DNA of 41,231 nucleotides from a virus: IMG/VR virus record IMGVR_UViG_3300045988_102542, positions 1 to 41,231 of that record; one strand, 5' to 3'. Shown piece by piece: positions 41,180 to 41,231 of this stretch (position 1 is its first letter; each line of letters starts with the position of its first letter). The notes under the pieces were generated by a model. It saw only the letters and a program-made list of their open reading frames with translations, ran no database searches and was not told where the DNA came from. The position numbers and the translations under genes were made by a program.

Positions 41180-41231
41180 AAAATAAATGGAGCGCCTAGA
41201 GGGATTCGAACCCTCGCACCTGGTTCCGGAG
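41180..41231 (-). repeat. attR core: 52-bp direct repeat
   Basis: Identical to 1-52. The repeat could extend beyond both window edges. Confidence 0.9.
41188..41231 (-). tRNA. 3' 44 nt of a tRNA gene continuing beyond the window (probably tRNA-Arg, anticodon CCG)
   Basis: Minus strand reads CTCCGGA (anticodon-loop-like, T33, CCG) ACCAG GTGC GAGGG-TTCGAAT-CCCTC TAGGCGC T CCA. The 5' half lies outside the window, so the isotype call is tentative. Confidence 0.7.

Overview
The window is one complete temperate siphovirus-type prophage of about 41.1 kb (HK97-type head, long non-contractile tail). It sits in the 3' end of a minus-strand tRNA gene, probably Arg-CCG, and is bounded by a perfect 52-bp direct repeat at both window edges. 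Gene order: attL; integrase, secreted protein, ImmA-like protease and XRE repressor (all minus strand); divergent Cro-like switch; early genes, including a minus-strand Abi-alpha-like gene with its own promoter; a replication and DNA-modification block (HUH Rep-like protein, SNF2 helicase::amino-MTase fusion, 3D-domain protein, SSB, dUTPase, C5-MTase); late-regulator-like gene; a terminator-insulated small hydrophobic peptide with a convergent antisense unit; HNH, TerS, TerL, portal, protease, capsid, connectors, tail tube, G/GT chaperones, tape measure; lambda/GTA-like tip genes interrupted by a minus-strand hicAB cassette; collagen-like fibre; holin, single-domain amidase, two overlapping membrane/coiled-coil ORFs; an orphan promoter-hairpin-terminator unit; a three-gene cargo operon; attR/tRNA. 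The strongest second-look candidates are (1) a type I toxin-antitoxin-like locus at 16.0-16.2 kb, (2) a protein-like +1-frame ORF overprinted on the C5-methyltransferase gene, (3) dual-frame ORFs after the endolysin, (4) the uncharacterised cargo operon at the attR end, and (5) the SNF2::MTase fusion and the Abi-alpha-like gene. All product calls come from motif recognition by eye. No database search, RNA folding or statistics program was run, and start codons were chosen from SD spacing and are approximate.
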